Shown here: positions 1-10,391 of the stretch, one piece after another
How positions within the stretch are numbered: the first letter of the stretch is position 1
Layout: the number at the start of each line of letters is the position of its first letter
Origin: Eubacteriales bacterium
GTDB taxonomy: Bacteria > Bacillota > Clostridia > Oscillospirales > CAG-272
Assembly: GCA_051867895.1 (NCBI GenBank)
Contig: JBJDZH010000016.1
Location: forward strand, 26,367 to 90,366
DNA length: 64,000 bases
Direction of reading: 5' to 3'
Translations under genes and position numbers: made by a program
The notes under the pieces: generated by a model
Seen by the model: the letters and a program-made list of their open reading frames with translations, nothing else
Databases searched by the model: none
Told to the model about the DNA's origin: nothing

Positions 1-100
1 TATTTATACATAAGGGAGGCGGGCAGCCCCCGGACTGTCTTTGTGACAAACTTGTCCAGCCGCTGCCCGCCGTCATTCTGATTGATGGTAAAGGAGCGCA

Positions 101-730
101 TTATTTCGTGCCGAAGAGGCGGTCGCCGGCGTCTCCGAGACCGGGGACGATGTAGGCGTGCTCGTTCAGGCGTTCATCCAGAGCGGCGGTAAAGATGTCG
201 ACATCGGGATGATCTTTCTGCACCTTTGCGACGCCTTCGGGCGCTGCGACGAGACACATCAGGCGGATGGAGGATACACCCTTCTTTTTCAGCATGGCGA
301 TGGCGTCGGAGGAGGAGCCGCCCGTCGCCAGCATCGGATCGCACAGAATGACCATGCGCTTTTCAATGTCGAACGGCAGCTTGCAGTAATATTCCACCGG
401 CTTGTGGGTTTCGGGATCGCGGTAGAGACCGATGTGACCGACCTTGGCTGCGGGAATCAGGCTGAGAAGTCCATCCACCATGCCGAGACCCGCGCGGAGG
501 ATCGGGATGATGGCGACCTTTTTGCCCTTGATTTTCTTGGCGGACATGTGGGAAACGGGCGTATCGATCTCGACAGTTTCCAACGGGAAATCGCGCGTCA
601 GCTCATAGCCCATCAGCATGGAGATCTCGGAGAGAAGCTGGCGGAAATCCTTGCTTCCGGTCTTTTCGTCCCGCATAATGGTGAGCTTGTGCGTAACCAG
701 CGGATGGTCGACAATGTGCAGCGTACTCAT
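101..730 (-). CDS. upp: uracil phosphoribosyltransferase (209 aa); the 431-aa ORF in the track is an upstream over-extension
   Basis: The translation [17 protein letters not shown]...DPMLATGGS...[17 protein letters not shown] is a full-length Upp pattern. The ATG lies at 728-730 on the minus strand. Confidence 0.9.
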   Translation of the reverse strand: MSTLHIVDHPLVTHKLTIMRDEKTGSKDFRQLLSEISMLMGYELTRDFPLETVEIDTPVSHMSAKKIKGKKVAIIPILRAGLGMVDGLLSLIPAAKVGHIGLYRDPETHKPVEYYCKLPFDIEKRMVILCDPMLATGGSSSDAIAMLKKKGVSSIRLMCLVAAPEGVAKVQKDHPDVDIFTAALDERLNEHAYIVPGLGDAGDRLFGTK

Positions 731-955
731 TTTCACTTTCTCCCCCGCCTTGCGGCAGGATGCCTTTCTGCATATTATTTCGGATGTGGTCTTACTTATC
801 CCTGTTATTATACTACCGGGGGCGGCGTATTGCAAGAGAAGGACGGGATTTTTTTGTGTATTCAGCGCGAAAACCTGCAATGCAGGGCGGGGTATTGCAT
901 TTTTTATAAAATATGATACAATATTCTGTATGAATACAGAACGGGCAGGAACAGA

Positions 956-2302
956 ATGAAAAGCAGTTTTCCCGAATATCCGCGTGCCGCTGTGCTCACG
1001 CTCGGCTGCCGCGTAAACCAATATGAATCCGACGTGATCGCAGGCGAGCTGGAGGCGGCAGGTTTTGACGTTGTGCCATTCGGCGAGCCGTGCGACGTTA
1101 CCGTGGTCAACACCTGTACCGTCACCTCGGAGAGCGACAGAAAATCGCGGCAGTACATTCGCCGTGCGGCTGCGGCAAGCCCCGGCGCTCCGATCATCGT
1201 GACCGGGTGCTTCGCGCAGGTCTCCCCTGAGGCGGCTGCCGGACTTCCCGGCGTATCTGCCGTGATCGGAAACGCGCGCAAGGCGGATATTGCCGCGCTG
1301 GCACGGGAACTGACGGCGGAGCGTGCGCCTGCGCGGCCGCGGATGGAGCTGTCGGATATGCAGAGCGCAGACTATGACGGGCTGATGTTGGCACATCCGC
1401 GCCGCGCGCGCGCCTATATTAAAATCGAGGACGGCTGTGAAAACCGTTGCTCCTATTGCATCATCCCGATGGCGCGGGGCAGAGTGCGTTCCAAAGATCC
1501 GTCTCTTGTTGTGCAGGAGGTGGAGACGCTTGCGCGGGCGGGCTGCGGAGAGATCATCCTGACCGGAATTGAAACGGCTGCGTATGGAAGGGATGCCGGC
1601 GGCGCATTTTCTCTTTCCTCTCTGCTCGAACGTCTGAACGGGATTCCCGGTATCCGGCGCATCGGAATGGGTTCGCTCGATCCGTCTCTTTTGCGCGGCG
1701 ATTTTCTGGATGCTGTATCCTCACTTCCATCGGTGCTGCCGCATTTTCATCTTTCCCTGCAGAGCGGTTCGTCGTCGGTGCTGCGGCGCATGCGGCGTCC
1801 CTATAACGCCGGGCAGGCACGGGAACGGATGGATGCGCTGCGTCTCGCACGTCCGGAATGCATGCTGACCGCCGACGTGATCGTCGGCTTCCCGGGCGAA
1901 ACCGAGGCGGAGTTTGAAGAGACGATGCAGTTTTGCCGTGAGGGACGCTTTCTGCATCTGCATATTTTCCCGTATTCCGTGCGCAGCGGAACGGAGGCGG
2001 CAGAAATGCCCGGTCAGCTGCCGGAGACGGAGAAGCGCCGCCGTGCTGCCGCGCTGGCTGCACAGCAGGCAGAAATCAAACGGACGCTGCTTGAGGAATA
2101 TGTGCGCGCGCACAATACGACCCCGGTTTCCCTCCTGATCGAGGAGGAAAAGAACGGCGGCAGCGTCGGACATTCCGAACACTATGCAGAGATACGAACG
2201 GAGACGGTATGCGGCGCGCCCGGCGATATCGTTCCGGTCGTGCTCAGGGAGACGGACGGCGAGATCTGCCGCGCCGTTCCGCTGCCGTCCGGCGGCAGGT
2301 GA
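956..2302 (+). CDS. mtaB: tRNA t6A37 methylthiotransferase MtaB (radical SAM, MiaB-like family)
   Basis: The N-terminal [11 protein letters not shown] motif is MTTase-like. The radical-SAM box is [11 protein letters not shown], and a TRAM-like C-terminus follows. Length is 448 aa. Confidence 0.85.
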   Translation: MKSSFPEYPRAAVLTLGCRVNQYESDVIAGELEAAGFDVVPFGEPCDVTVVNTCTVTSESDRKSRQYIRRAAAASPGAPIIVTGCFAQVSPEAAAGLPGVSAVIGNARKADIAALARELTAERAPARPRMELSDMQSADYDGLMLAHPRRARAYIKIEDGCENRCSYCIIPMARGRVRSKDPSLVVQEVETLARAGCGEIILTGIETAAYGRDAGGAFSLSSLLERLNGIPGIRRIGMGSLDPSLLRGDFLDAVSSLPSVLPHFHLSLQSGSSSVLRRMRRPYNAGQARERMDALRLARPECMLTADVIVGFPGETEAEFEETMQFCREGRFLHLHIFPYSVRSGTEAAEMPGQLPETEKRRRAAALAAQQAEIKRTLLEEYVRAHNTTPVSLLIEEEKNGGSVGHSEHYAEIRTETVCGAPGDIVPVVLRETDGEICRAVPLPSGGR

Positions 2303-2343
2303 GAGCCGCTGCGCCGGCGCATTTCCGGCGGACAGGGAAAACA

Positions 2344-2406
2344 GAAGCACGCGGAGCATTCCGGGAGAAGGATGAATCCATCTCCGGCTGCTCCGCGTGC
2401 TTTTTC
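2344..2406. terminator. composite GC-rich hairpin terminator between convergent mtaB and the flavodoxin-like gene
   Basis: Arm gaagcacgcggagca pairs with tgctccgcgtgctt (about 14 bp), with a nested inner hairpin. A T-run follows. Confidence 0.6.
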
Positions 2407-2540
2407 TGCACGGAAAACGAAATCCGGCAGATGCGCACGCGATATCTGTGGGTTGCCGGAACGATGTCTGGCGGAAAAACAGAGGCATGAACCGTTCTTT
2501 GCGGCGTGCTGCAAGAACTTCTCCCAACGGAATTTGCGGA

Positions 2541-3053
2541 TCACCGCGCCTTCTCGTACCATTCCATGACCGTCGTCAGGTTTTCTTCTCGTACCCGGCT
2601 GCCTCCATGGAGCATAAGCTCCAGCATTTCGTCTTCCTCAGCACTGCGATCCTTCTTCTCCGCCAATCCCTTTCCCGCAGTCTTCGCCATAATGGTCATC
2701 ATCAGCTTGTAGATACCGCGCAGGCGGTTTATGTCAAAGCCGCCCTGCAGCGTGAACAGAGGCATGGATGCCGGCAGCCTATTGGCATTGCGCAGATCCT
2801 GCATCTGGGAGCCGGTAGCTCCCATTCCCACACCGCAGACTGCCGCCGTATGGTAACGACGGACAGCTTTGGCATACCCCTGCACCTTTCCTGCCATGAG
2901 CCAGCCCAGATAGATTATGGTACTGCCCGGCGTCAGTGACTTCATGGCTTCGTCAAGGGAGTACACGGGGAGTCCCGTCTTTTCCCCGAGCAGCAGGGCA
3001 TATTCCCGGGTATAGCCTGTATTGGATGTATAAACGATCGCATCTGCTTTCAT
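2541..3053 (-). CDS. flavodoxin-like domain protein (170 aa)
   Basis: The N-terminus MKADAIVYTSNTGYTREYA resembles flavodoxin-fold proteins. An RBS-like aaggagaaacagg lies upstream. Assignment is by motif only. Confidence 0.5.
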   Translation of the reverse strand: MKADAIVYTSNTGYTREYALLLGEKTGLPVYSLDEAMKSLTPGSTIIYLGWLMAGKVQGYAKAVRRYHTAAVCGVGMGATGSQMQDLRNANRLPASMPLFTLQGGFDINRLRGIYKLMMTIMAKTAGKGLAEKKDRSAEEDEMLELMLHGGSRVREENLTTVMEWYEKAR

Positions 3054-3445
3054 CCCTGTTTCTCCTTACAGCGTGTCTTTTGTTTTTGTTTCTCTGGCTA
3101 TTTTTTGCTTGACGGATTGCGTCTCAGGTACAAAACGGACGATTCGGGCGGGAAATACACTGCCGAAGCCGCGTCAGGCACTGCGGAACAGACGATACGG
3201 ACAGAGGTGAGGCGCGCCTCCTTATGGTTCGGCATTCACTTATCGGCTCCGTCGTTTGCATCTGCCCCAGTATTTTACTGCCTGCACAGCCGTTCCGATA
3301 GGCAGTTTTTGCAGCCTTTTGTGTTCGTGTTATAGATGCAGGCAAAAAGCTCCAGAGTCAGCTTACCCGAAAGGCATGCCCGAATGGTGCGAAACTCATC
3401 TGCATTTCTCCGGCTGCTTTGGTGGCTGCTGGGAGATGCATGCGC

Positions 3446-3484
3446 TCAAAAAGGATATGCACTTTGCTGTGCATATCCTTTTCT
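3446..3484 (-). terminator. rho-independent terminator ending the pyr operon
   Basis: Hairpin aaggatatgcac/gtgcatatcctt lies just downstream of the pyrI stop. On the minus strand it is followed by TTTTT. Confidence 0.6.
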
Positions 3485-3509
3485 AGGCGGTACCTGCCCG
3501 GTATGCGCC

Positions 3510-3929
3510 TTATTCTTCTGCTTTCGCTTCGCAGTACATGCAGCGATAGGTGCGGCTCTGGCGGTCGGAGAGCTTGAATACCTGCGGCAGCTCCTGCTCG
3601 CTGGACGTGATGCAGCGGGGATTTCGGCATTTCAGTACGCCGACCAGCCGCAGGGGCAGTTCCAGATGCTTTTTTTCGACCAGCACGGAATCGCGGATCA
3701 CGTTGATCGTGATGTTCGGGTCGATATAGCCAAGAATGTCCAGATCCAGCGGAATATCCGCGTCGATTTTGATGATATCCTTTTTGCCGAGCTGCTTGCT
3801 CTGCACGTTTTTGATGATTGCGACCGGGCAGCTGAGCGTGTCGAGATGCAGAAGATGATAGATCTGCATGCCGCGCCCTGCCTGTATGTGATCGAGAACG
3901 ATCCCGTTTTTGATGGCGTCTACGTTCAT
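3510..3929 (-). CDS. pyrI: aspartate carbamoyltransferase regulatory subunit
   Basis: 139 aa with the C-terminal Zn motif CRNPRCIT...YRCMYC. It is translationally coupled to pyrB by a 4-nt overlap. Confidence 0.9.
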   Translation of the reverse strand: MNVDAIKNGIVLDHIQAGRGMQIYHLLHLDTLSCPVAIIKNVQSKQLGKKDIIKIDADIPLDLDILGYIDPNITINVIRDSVLVEKKHLELPLRLVGVLKCRNPRCITSSEQELPQVFKLSDRQSRTYRCMYCEAKAEE

Positions 3930-4843
3930 ACCGTTACCTCCAGCAGCATCATAATAAGCGCCATGCGGACATATTTTCCGTTCAGTACCTGCTTGAAATA
4001 GCAGGCGCGCGGATCGTCATCCACGGCGACCGAGATTTCGTTGACGCGCGGCAGCGGATGCATAATGCACAGATCGGGACGCGCATCCGCCAGCTTCTGC
4101 GGCGTCAGGATGTAGCGGTCCTTCAGGCGCAGGTACTCCTCCTCGCTGAAAAAGCGTTCGCGCTGCACGCGCGTCATGTACAGGATATCCAGCTCAGGCA
4201 TGACGCCGGCGAGATCAGTCGTCTGCACATATTCGATTCCGCGGTTTTTCAGAATATCCTTTTTGACGTAGCTCGGCAGCTTCAGCTCCTCCGGAGAGAT
4301 GAGAACGACTTTCATGCCCGGATAGCGGGAAAGAGCGGCGATCAGGGAGTGAACGGTACGCCCGAACTTCAGGTCTCCGCAGAAGCCGATCGTGAAATTG
4401 CCGAGACGTCCTTTTTCCCGGCGGATGGTCAGAAGGTCGGTGAGCGTCTGCGTCGGATGATTGTGACCGCCGTCGCCTGCGTTGATGACGGGAACGGAGG
4501 CGTTCATGGAAGCGACCAGCGGAGCGCCCTCCTTCGGATGGCGCATAGCGATGATATCCGCGTAGCAGCTTACCGTTTTGGCGGTATCCGCGACGCTTTC
4601 TCCCTTCGCGGCGGAGCTGCTCTGCGCTTCGGAGAAGCCGAGCACATTGCCGCCCAGCTCATACATGGCTGCCTCAAAGCTGAGGCGCGTCCGGGTGGAC
4701 GGCTCAAAGAACAGCGTCGCGAGATTCTTCCCGCGGCATACCTCCGCATACTTCTGCGGGTGGGCGATGATATCGTCCGCACGGTCGAGAAGCTGCTCGA
4801 TTTCCTCGACGGTGAGATCGTTTATATCGATCAGGCTTCTCAT
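3926..4843 (-). CDS. pyrB: aspartate carbamoyltransferase catalytic subunit
   Basis: 305 aa with the motifs STRTR, HPTQ and HPLPR. Confidence 0.92.
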   Translation of the reverse strand: MRSLIDINDLTVEEIEQLLDRADDIIAHPQKYAEVCRGKNLATLFFEPSTRTRLSFEAAMYELGGNVLGFSEAQSSSAAKGESVADTAKTVSCYADIIAMRHPKEGAPLVASMNASVPVINAGDGGHNHPTQTLTDLLTIRREKGRLGNFTIGFCGDLKFGRTVHSLIAALSRYPGMKVVLISPEELKLPSYVKKDILKNRGIEYVQTTDLAGVMPELDILYMTRVQRERFFSEEEYLRLKDRYILTPQKLADARPDLCIMHPLPRVNEISVAVDDDPRACYFKQVLNGKYVRMALIMMLLEVTV

Positions 4844-5481
4844 TTCGCACTCCTCCAGCTTTCGTCCGCGGGATTGTTGCGGAATGCGATCAGCCGACGG
4901 ATGTCGGACGGCGCGATATAGCCTTCCTCCGCTGCGACCTCGGCGATCACGTCGAAATTGGTCAGGGAATGATTCTCCACGTTTGCCGCGGCGAGACGTT
5001 CCAGTCCTTTTTTCATGCCGTAGGTAAAGATGCTGACGATGCCAAGCACCTGTGCGCCTGCCGCGCGCAGTACCTCCACGACCTCCAGTACGCTGCCGCC
5101 CGTCGAGATCAGATCCTCAATGACGACGACCTTCTGTCCCGCTTCCAGCCTGCCTTCGATCTGGTTGCCGCGTCCGTGATCCTTTGCGCCGGAGCGGACG
5201 TAGCCCATCGGCAGGCCGAGAATGTGTCCCACAATCGCCGCATGCGCGATGCCGGCGGTGGACGTTCCCATCAGCACCTCCGCGTCGGGATACAGCGTGC
5301 GTACCTTGTCCGCAAGCGCGTTCTCCACGTCATTGCGCACGGCCGGAGCGGTCAGCGTTAGGCGGTTGTCGCAGTAAACGGGGCTTTTGATGCCGCTCGC
5401 CCACGTAAAGGGCTCCTCGGGACGGAAAAATACGGCTTTGATCGACAGAAGATCTTTGGCGATCTGTTTTTCTGTATTCAT
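4840..5481 (-). CDS. pyrE: orotate phosphoribosyltransferase (start trimmed to MNTEKQ)
   Basis: [16 protein letters not shown] plus the PRPP loop [13 protein letters not shown]. The ATG is at 5479-5481. Confidence 0.9.
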   Translation of the reverse strand: MNTEKQIAKDLLSIKAVFFRPEEPFTWASGIKSPVYCDNRLTLTAPAVRNDVENALADKVRTLYPDAEVLMGTSTAGIAHAAIVGHILGLPMGYVRSGAKDHGRGNQIEGRLEAGQKVVVIEDLISTGGSVLEVVEVLRAAGAQVLGIVSIFTYGMKKGLERLAAANVENHSLTNFDVIAEVAAEEGYIAPSDIRRLIAFRNNPADESWRSAK

Positions 5482-5503
5482 AATCAGGCTGTTCCTTTCT
5501 TTA

Positions 5504-6202
5504 TTATCCAACAAATTCAGCGACGCATCGATCGTATGCGGCGACAGGATCCGCCGCCGCGGTGATCGGACGGCCAACCACGATGTAGTCCGAGCCGATC
5601 CTTTTGGCTTCGGCGGGCGTCATGACGCGCTTCTGATCGCCGATATCCCCATCCGCAAAGCGCACGCCGGGCGTGACCGTCAGAAAATCCCTGCCGCAGG
5701 CGCCATGTACCGCGCCAGCCTCCCGCGGGGAGCAGACAACGCCGTCCAGACCGGCGGCTTTGGCGTTCTTTGCATACTGCATGACGACTTCCTCCATCGG
5801 ACGATCGATCAGCAGCTCTTTGTGCATCCGCTCTTCATCTGTCGAGGTGAGCTGCGTCACCGCGATGAGCAGCGGGCGGCTTCCGTCCGGACGCGTCAGA
5901 CCCTCTATGGCGGCTTCCATCATGGCGATCGTACCGGCGGCATGCAGATTGCACATATCCACATCCAGCCGGGAGAGCACTGCCATGGATTTTTTCACCG
6001 TGTTGGGGATGTCGTGCAGCTTCAGATCGAGAAAAATCTTATGTCCTCTCGCCTTGATCTCCCGCACGATAGCCGGTCCCTCCGCATAGAACAGCTCCAT
6101 GCCGATCTTGACGAACGGCTTTTGGTCGGAAAACCTGTCCAGAAAAGAAAGCGTGTCCTCACGAGAGGAAAAGTCGCAGGCAATGATGACATCCTTACCC
6201 AT
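5504..6202 (-). CDS. pyrF: orotidine 5'-phosphate decarboxylase
   Basis: Motifs DFS...KIGMELF...FLDLKLHDIPNT. GGAGGTG lies 6 nt upstream of the ATG at 6200-6202. The gene overlaps the pyrD stop. Confidence 0.9.
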   Translation of the reverse strand: MGKDVIIACDFSSREDTLSFLDRFSDQKPFVKIGMELFYAEGPAIVREIKARGHKIFLDLKLHDIPNTVKKSMAVLSRLDVDMCNLHAAGTIAMMEAAIEGLTRPDGSRPLLIAVTQLTSTDEERMHKELLIDRPMEEVVMQYAKNAKAAGLDGVVCSPREAGAVHGACGRDFLTVTPGVRFADGDIGDQKRVMTPAEAKRIGSDYIVVGRPITAAADPVAAYDRCVAEFVG

Positions 6203-7109
6203 GGTGTGCACCTCCGATAATATCCTGTAAATTTTCGATTTTGTACCGCTCCATCACGCGGGGAAGATCTTCCACTATTTTTTTGCAGATGAACGGATCG
6301 ACCAGATTTGCCGCACCGACCTGTACCGCCGTGGCGCCCGCCAGCATCATTTCGATCACGTTTTCCGCGCTGGAGACCCCGCCGATGCCGATGAGTGGAA
6401 TCTTTACGGCGTTGTACACCTGCCAGACCATACGAAGCGCAATGGGGAACACCGCGTCTCCGGAGAAGCCGCCCATGACGTTTGCGATCACCGGACGGCG
6501 GCGCACCGGATCAATGCGCATTCCGAGCAGGGTATTGATGAGGCTGATGCCGTCTGCTCCTGCTTCCTCGCATGCCCGCGCGATCTCGGCGATGTCCGTG
6601 ACGTTGGGGGAGAGCTTGATATAAACCGGCTTTGTCGTCACCGCCTTGACGGCGCGCGTGACCTCCGCCGCAGCCTCCGGGGAGGTGCCGAAGCTCATGC
6701 CGCCTCCGTGAACATTCGGACAGCTGATGTTGACCTCGATCAGACCAACGCCGTCTTCCCGATCGATTTTTTCGCAGCAGTACGCGTATTCCTCCACGGA
6801 AAAGCCGCCGATATTGGCGATGACAGGCTTGCGGAATACCGTGCGCAGCCGGGGCAGTTCTTCTGCGATCACGCGCTCAATACCGGGATTCTGCAGTCCG
6901 ACGGCGTTTATCATCCCGGCGGTGCATTCCGCAATCCGGGGCGTCGGATTGCCGAAGCGCGGTTCCTTCGTCGTTCCCTTGAAGGAAAAGGTGCCAAGCA
7001 TATTGATGTCGTACAGTTCGGCGAACTCATAGCCGTAGCCGAACGTGCCGCTTGCCGGAATGACCGGATTGTCCAGCGTCCAGCCGGACAGCGTTACCTT
7101 TGTGTTCAC
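6195..7109 (-). CDS. pyrD: dihydroorotate dehydrogenase B, catalytic subunit (GTG start)
   Basis: IPASGTFGYG ... NISCPNV ... GGV motifs. The start GTG forms a GTGA overlap with the pyrK stop and is preceded by AAGGAGGAG. Confidence 0.9.
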   Translation of the reverse strand: MNTKVTLSGWTLDNPVIPASGTFGYGYEFAELYDINMLGTFSFKGTTKEPRFGNPTPRIAECTAGMINAVGLQNPGIERVIAEELPRLRTVFRKPVIANIGGFSVEEYAYCCEKIDREDGVGLIEVNISCPNVHGGGMSFGTSPEAAAEVTRAVKAVTTKPVYIKLSPNVTDIAEIARACEEAGADGISLINTLLGMRIDPVRRRPVIANVMGGFSGDAVFPIALRMVWQVYNAVKIPLIGIGGVSSAENVIEMMLAGATAVQVGAANLVDPFICKKIVEDLPRVMERYKIENLQDIIGGAHHG

Positions 7110-7840
7110 CAGATGATCTCCTCCTTTGTGAGCACCGGGCCGTCCCGGCAGATGCGTTTGCTGCCGTACTTCGTTTTGCAGGAGCAGCCCATGCATGCAC
7201 CGAAGCCGCAGCCCATACGTTCCTCAAAGCTGTACTCTCCGGCCGTTGCTGACGCGTTGTATACCGCTTTGAGCATCGGCTCCGGACCGCAGGCGTAGGT
7301 GTAGGTGTATTCACCCGCAGCGGGGATGGCGGCGGTGACGAACCCCTTGATTCCCACGCTGCCGTCTGCCGTTGTGAGGAGCACTTTCGCGCCGAGCGCC
7401 TCAAATTCTTTCTGATAATATACCTCGGCAGCGGTATTGAAGCCCATGATGACAGTCGGCGCGCATCCGGCGGCGAGGAGACGGCGGGCAAGCCAATACA
7501 GCGGAGGAACGCCCGCGCCGCCGCCGATGAGCAGCGGGCGGCTGCCTGCCTGTGCGGGATCGTAGCCGTTTCCGAGTCCTGTAAGAATGTCCAGCTTTTC
7601 GCCCGGCTCCATCTTCGACATCGCCGCCGTGCCCGCGCCGACGACCTTATAGAGAATCGTCAGACGTCCGTCGTCACAGTCGCAGACGGAGATCGGACGG
7701 CGCAGATAAAAGCCGTCCAGACGGATGTTTACAAACTGCCCCGGCGCGGTGACGGCGGATGTGTCGCCATCGAGCACCATGCGGTACATATCGCGCGTCA
7801 GCGGCGTGTTTTCCCGCAGGATAAACCAGCCCTGCTTCAT
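7106..7840 (-). CDS. pyrK: dihydroorotate dehydrogenase B electron-transfer subunit
   Basis: 244 aa with an FAD/NAD-binding fold and the C-terminal 2Fe-2S cysteine cluster CGFGACMGCSC...C. Confidence 0.88.
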   Translation of the reverse strand: MKQGWFILRENTPLTRDMYRMVLDGDTSAVTAPGQFVNIRLDGFYLRRPISVCDCDDGRLTILYKVVGAGTAAMSKMEPGEKLDILTGLGNGYDPAQAGSRPLLIGGGAGVPPLYWLARRLLAAGCAPTVIMGFNTAAEVYYQKEFEALGAKVLLTTADGSVGIKGFVTAAIPAAGEYTYTYACGPEPMLKAVYNASATAGEYSFEERMGCGFGACMGCSCKTKYGSKRICRDGPVLTKEEIIW

Positions 7841-9099
7841 GTGTTTTCCTCCTTGTATGTGATCGGTACGCAGCGGCGCGCAAGCCGACCGCTGTCATAG
7901 GCAACAGACGCGCCGCAGAGGGTGAGCGCGCATTTTCCGTACACGCGATAAGATGCGAACGGGGTGTTTCTGCCCATGGACGCGAACTCCTGCGGATCGA
8001 TCCCGTATTCTTCGCCTGTCTCAAAAACCGTAAGACAGCCTGCTTTTTCGCCGGTCGGAATGCCGAAGCGGCGCGCAGGATTGCCGCTCATCAGGGAGAG
8101 CAGGCAGTCCAGAGAAAGGATGCTGGTGCGCACCAGATACGTGTACAGCAGCGGGAAAGCGGTTTCCAGACCGACGATCCCCATCAGGCTTCCGCGCAGC
8201 CCGCCCGCTTTCTCCTGCGCGGTGTGCGGCGCGTGATCTGTTGCGATCATGTCGATGGTGCCGTCGCAGAGACCCTCCAGCAGCGCTTGACGGTCCGCTT
8301 CGCTGCGGATGGGGGGATTCATTTTGAAGTTTCCCTCATCCCGGAGCATCGAGTCGTTCAGCAGCAGATAGTGCGGCGCCGTTTCGCAGCTGACATCCAG
8401 TCCCGCCGCTTTCGCTTCCCGGATCAGGGAGACGCTTTCCTTAGCGGAGATATGGCAGGCGTGATAGGCGCAGCCGGTCTCCGCGGCGAGGGCAAGATCG
8501 CGGGCAAGCTGCCGGTATTCGCATTCGGACGGAATACCGGGCAGACCGTGTTCTGCCGCGTACGCGCCGGCGTGGATGCAGCCGCCGCGCAGGAGAGCGT
8601 TGTCCTCGCAGTGCGCGGCGATGATCTTTCCAAGCGCTTTTGCCTTTTTCATCGCCTCACGCATTCTGTCCTCCGACTGCACGCCCCTGCCGTCGTCGGA
8701 GAAGGCGATCACGCGCCCGGCAAGCGCATCCATATCGGACAGAGACTCACCCCGTTCGCCGGCTGTGATGGCGCCGTAGGGATATACATGGACCCCCGCC
8801 TCCCGCCGGATGATCTCCTCCTGTACGGCGAGAGACGCAGCACTGTCCGGAACCGGGTTCAGATTCGGCATAGCGCAGACAGCCGTGAAGCCGCCGCGCG
8901 CCGCGGCAGCAGTGCCGGTGGCGATGGTTTCCTTATAGGAAAAACCCGGCTCGCGGAGATGCACATGCACATCCACAAAGCCGGGAAAAACGAGACACGA
9001 TGAGGTGTCAAAAACAGTTTCAAAGCCGGTGCGCCCGTCAAAAAGATGTATACCGGAGACGCCGTCCCAATACATTTTATCTGCCGCTGCTGTGCGCAT
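7837..9099 (-). CDS. pyrC: dihydroorotase (start trimmed to MRTAAAD; MYWDG at 9075 is an alternative)
   Basis: The metal motif VDVHVHLREPG and ...DHAPH are present. GGAGGG sits upstream of the ATG at 9097-9099. Confidence 0.88.
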   Translation of the reverse strand: MRTAAADKMYWDGVSGIHLFDGRTGFETVFDTSSCLVFPGFVDVHVHLREPGFSYKETIATGTAAAARGGFTAVCAMPNLNPVPDSAASLAVQEEIIRREAGVHVYPYGAITAGERGESLSDMDALAGRVIAFSDDGRGVQSEDRMREAMKKAKALGKIIAAHCEDNALLRGGCIHAGAYAAEHGLPGIPSECEYRQLARDLALAAETGCAYHACHISAKESVSLIREAKAAGLDVSCETAPHYLLLNDSMLRDEGNFKMNPPIRSEADRQALLEGLCDGTIDMIATDHAPHTAQEKAGGLRGSLMGIVGLETAFPLLYTYLVRTSILSLDCLLSLMSGNPARRFGIPTGEKAGCLTVFETGEEYGIDPQEFASMGRNTPFASYRVYGKCALTLCGASVAYDSGRLARRCVPITYKEENT

Positions 9100-9244
9100 A
9101 ATTCCCTCCGGGCACAAAAAAAGCCCTGTGGCAAGGCAGAGCAAAAAAGCCGTCCGCAAAATGCGGCTCCAAACCTTGCCGGTCTCTCTGTACCGTCTTA
9201 AAGATTTACAGTTACAGTATACCATGCGTCCGTGAAATTGTCAA
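9100..9244 (-). promoter_or_regulatory. pyr operon promoter plus PyrR-type binding loop and tandem terminator hairpins (attenuator candidate)
   Basis: Read on the minus strand: TTGACA (9239-9244), a 17-nt spacer, then TGgTATACT (9216-9221). The leader CUUUAAGACGGUACAGAGAGACCGGCAAGG (9174-9203) resembles the PyrR site UCCAGAGAGGCU...AAGG. It is followed by hairpin plus T6 (9142-9168) and hairpin plus T7 (9116-9137). Confidence 0.5.
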
Positions 9245-9305
9245 CAGCCGGACGAAGAAATTGTTTGCGGAATTCTCATAAAAAACGACGACGGAGAAAA
9301 CTGGT

Positions 9306-10391
9306 TCAGAAGCGCGGCAGAGCGAGCAGGAGGAGATCCCACGCAGGATAGCAGGGCGCGCGGCGCAGATGGTAGCGGTATACGCCGGGAAGCATCGCTT
9401 CCAGCTGCAATATCACGGCAAACAGATCCTCGCAGCGGTGGTATACGGATACGGCGAGTGCGGGCAGGTCGCGCCGGAGCGTTTCGGCTGCGCCTGCGAG
9501 CGCCAGTTTTTCGTTTCCTTCGACGTCGAGCTTGATGAGGTCGATCCTGGTATGCGCGGCGATGGCGTCGATGGTGGTGCAGGCAGCTGCGCTTTCCCGC
9601 GCGCGGCGCGCGGCGCCGCCGATCGACGCGCCGCGGCTGCCGGTTGCGGAAAAGGAAATTCTGCCCGTGTGATCGGACAGCGCATACGGCAGGGGGCGCA
9701 CCGCGCCTTTTGTCGACGCGGCATATTCGGTAAGGCGGGCAAACGATCGCTCGTCCGGCTCCGCCGCGTAGACGGTGCGAAGCTCCGAAAGGGCGCGCAG
9801 CATCGCTGCGGCGGAGTCGCCGCGGAAGGCGCCGCCGTCGATGGCGGTACGGATATTCCTCCCGGCGAGCAGAGACCGGTAGCTTTCCTGTGGCGTTTCT
9901 GTCCGGCTGAGAGAGGAAAGCTCGCCGCGCAGCCGATAGGTCAGCATATCGGTAAAAAGCGCGCGCGAAGCGTCGTCCGCAAGGAGGGCAAAAGCGTCGT
10001 CCAACTCTCGCCGGTGCGCGCAGAAGTAGTCATAGGTGAATAATCCGCCGCCGAAGAGGGGAAGCTCCGGTATATAGGTTTCACAGCGTGCGGCAACGGC
10101 GCGCATCTGTTCCATGACGCCGGGCAGAGAAGAGCCGAACGCGATCAGCACGATCATTTCTTCCCCGAAACGCTGGCAGGCATCCGCGAAGGAAAGCACC
10201 TCCATGCCGGCGAACGTGCGGCGGCGCACAAAACCGTCGCTGGCAAAGACGCCGGACGGTTCTTTCCCAAACGCGGCGAGCGCGGCGATCAGCTTGTCCG
10301 CTCCGTTTCCCGTTCCGTAGAGGACGAGCGGGCGTTCGGTGCGGGCGAGCTTTTCCCAAAGGCATTCGCCGCGCGTGATGGAGAAATCCAT
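9306..10391 (-). CDS. FkbM-family methyltransferase
   Basis: 361 aa. The C-terminal half IDGGAFRGDS...IDLIKLDVEGNE...VYH is typical of the FkbM SAM-methyltransferase domain. Confidence 0.75.
   Translation of the reverse strand: MDFSITRGECLWEKLARTERPLVLYGTGNGADKLIAALAAFGKEPSGVFASDGFVRRRTFAGMEVLSFADACQRFGEEMIVLIAFGSSLPGVMEQMRAVAARCETYIPELPLFGGGLFTYDYFCAHRRELDDAFALLADDASRALFTDMLTYRLRGELSSLSRTETPQESYRSLLAGRNIRTAIDGGAFRGDSAAAMLRALSELRTVYAAEPDERSFARLTEYAASTKGAVRPLPYALSDHTGRISFSATGSRGASIGGAARRARESAAACTTIDAIAAHTRIDLIKLDVEGNEKLALAGAAETLRRDLPALAVSVYHRCEDLFAVILQLEAMLPGVYRYHLRRAPCYPAWDLLLLALPRF

Noticed and set aside
101-1396. A 431-aa version of the upp ORF, and the similarly over-long track ORFs for pyrE, pyrC, the amidohydrolase, dapA, bcp, the GT genes, the metallophosphoesterase and the fucosidase.
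   Set aside because: The upstream extensions lack homology-like motifs and cross promoters or neighbouring genes. Internal ATG or GTG codons with proper RBS give canonical lengths.
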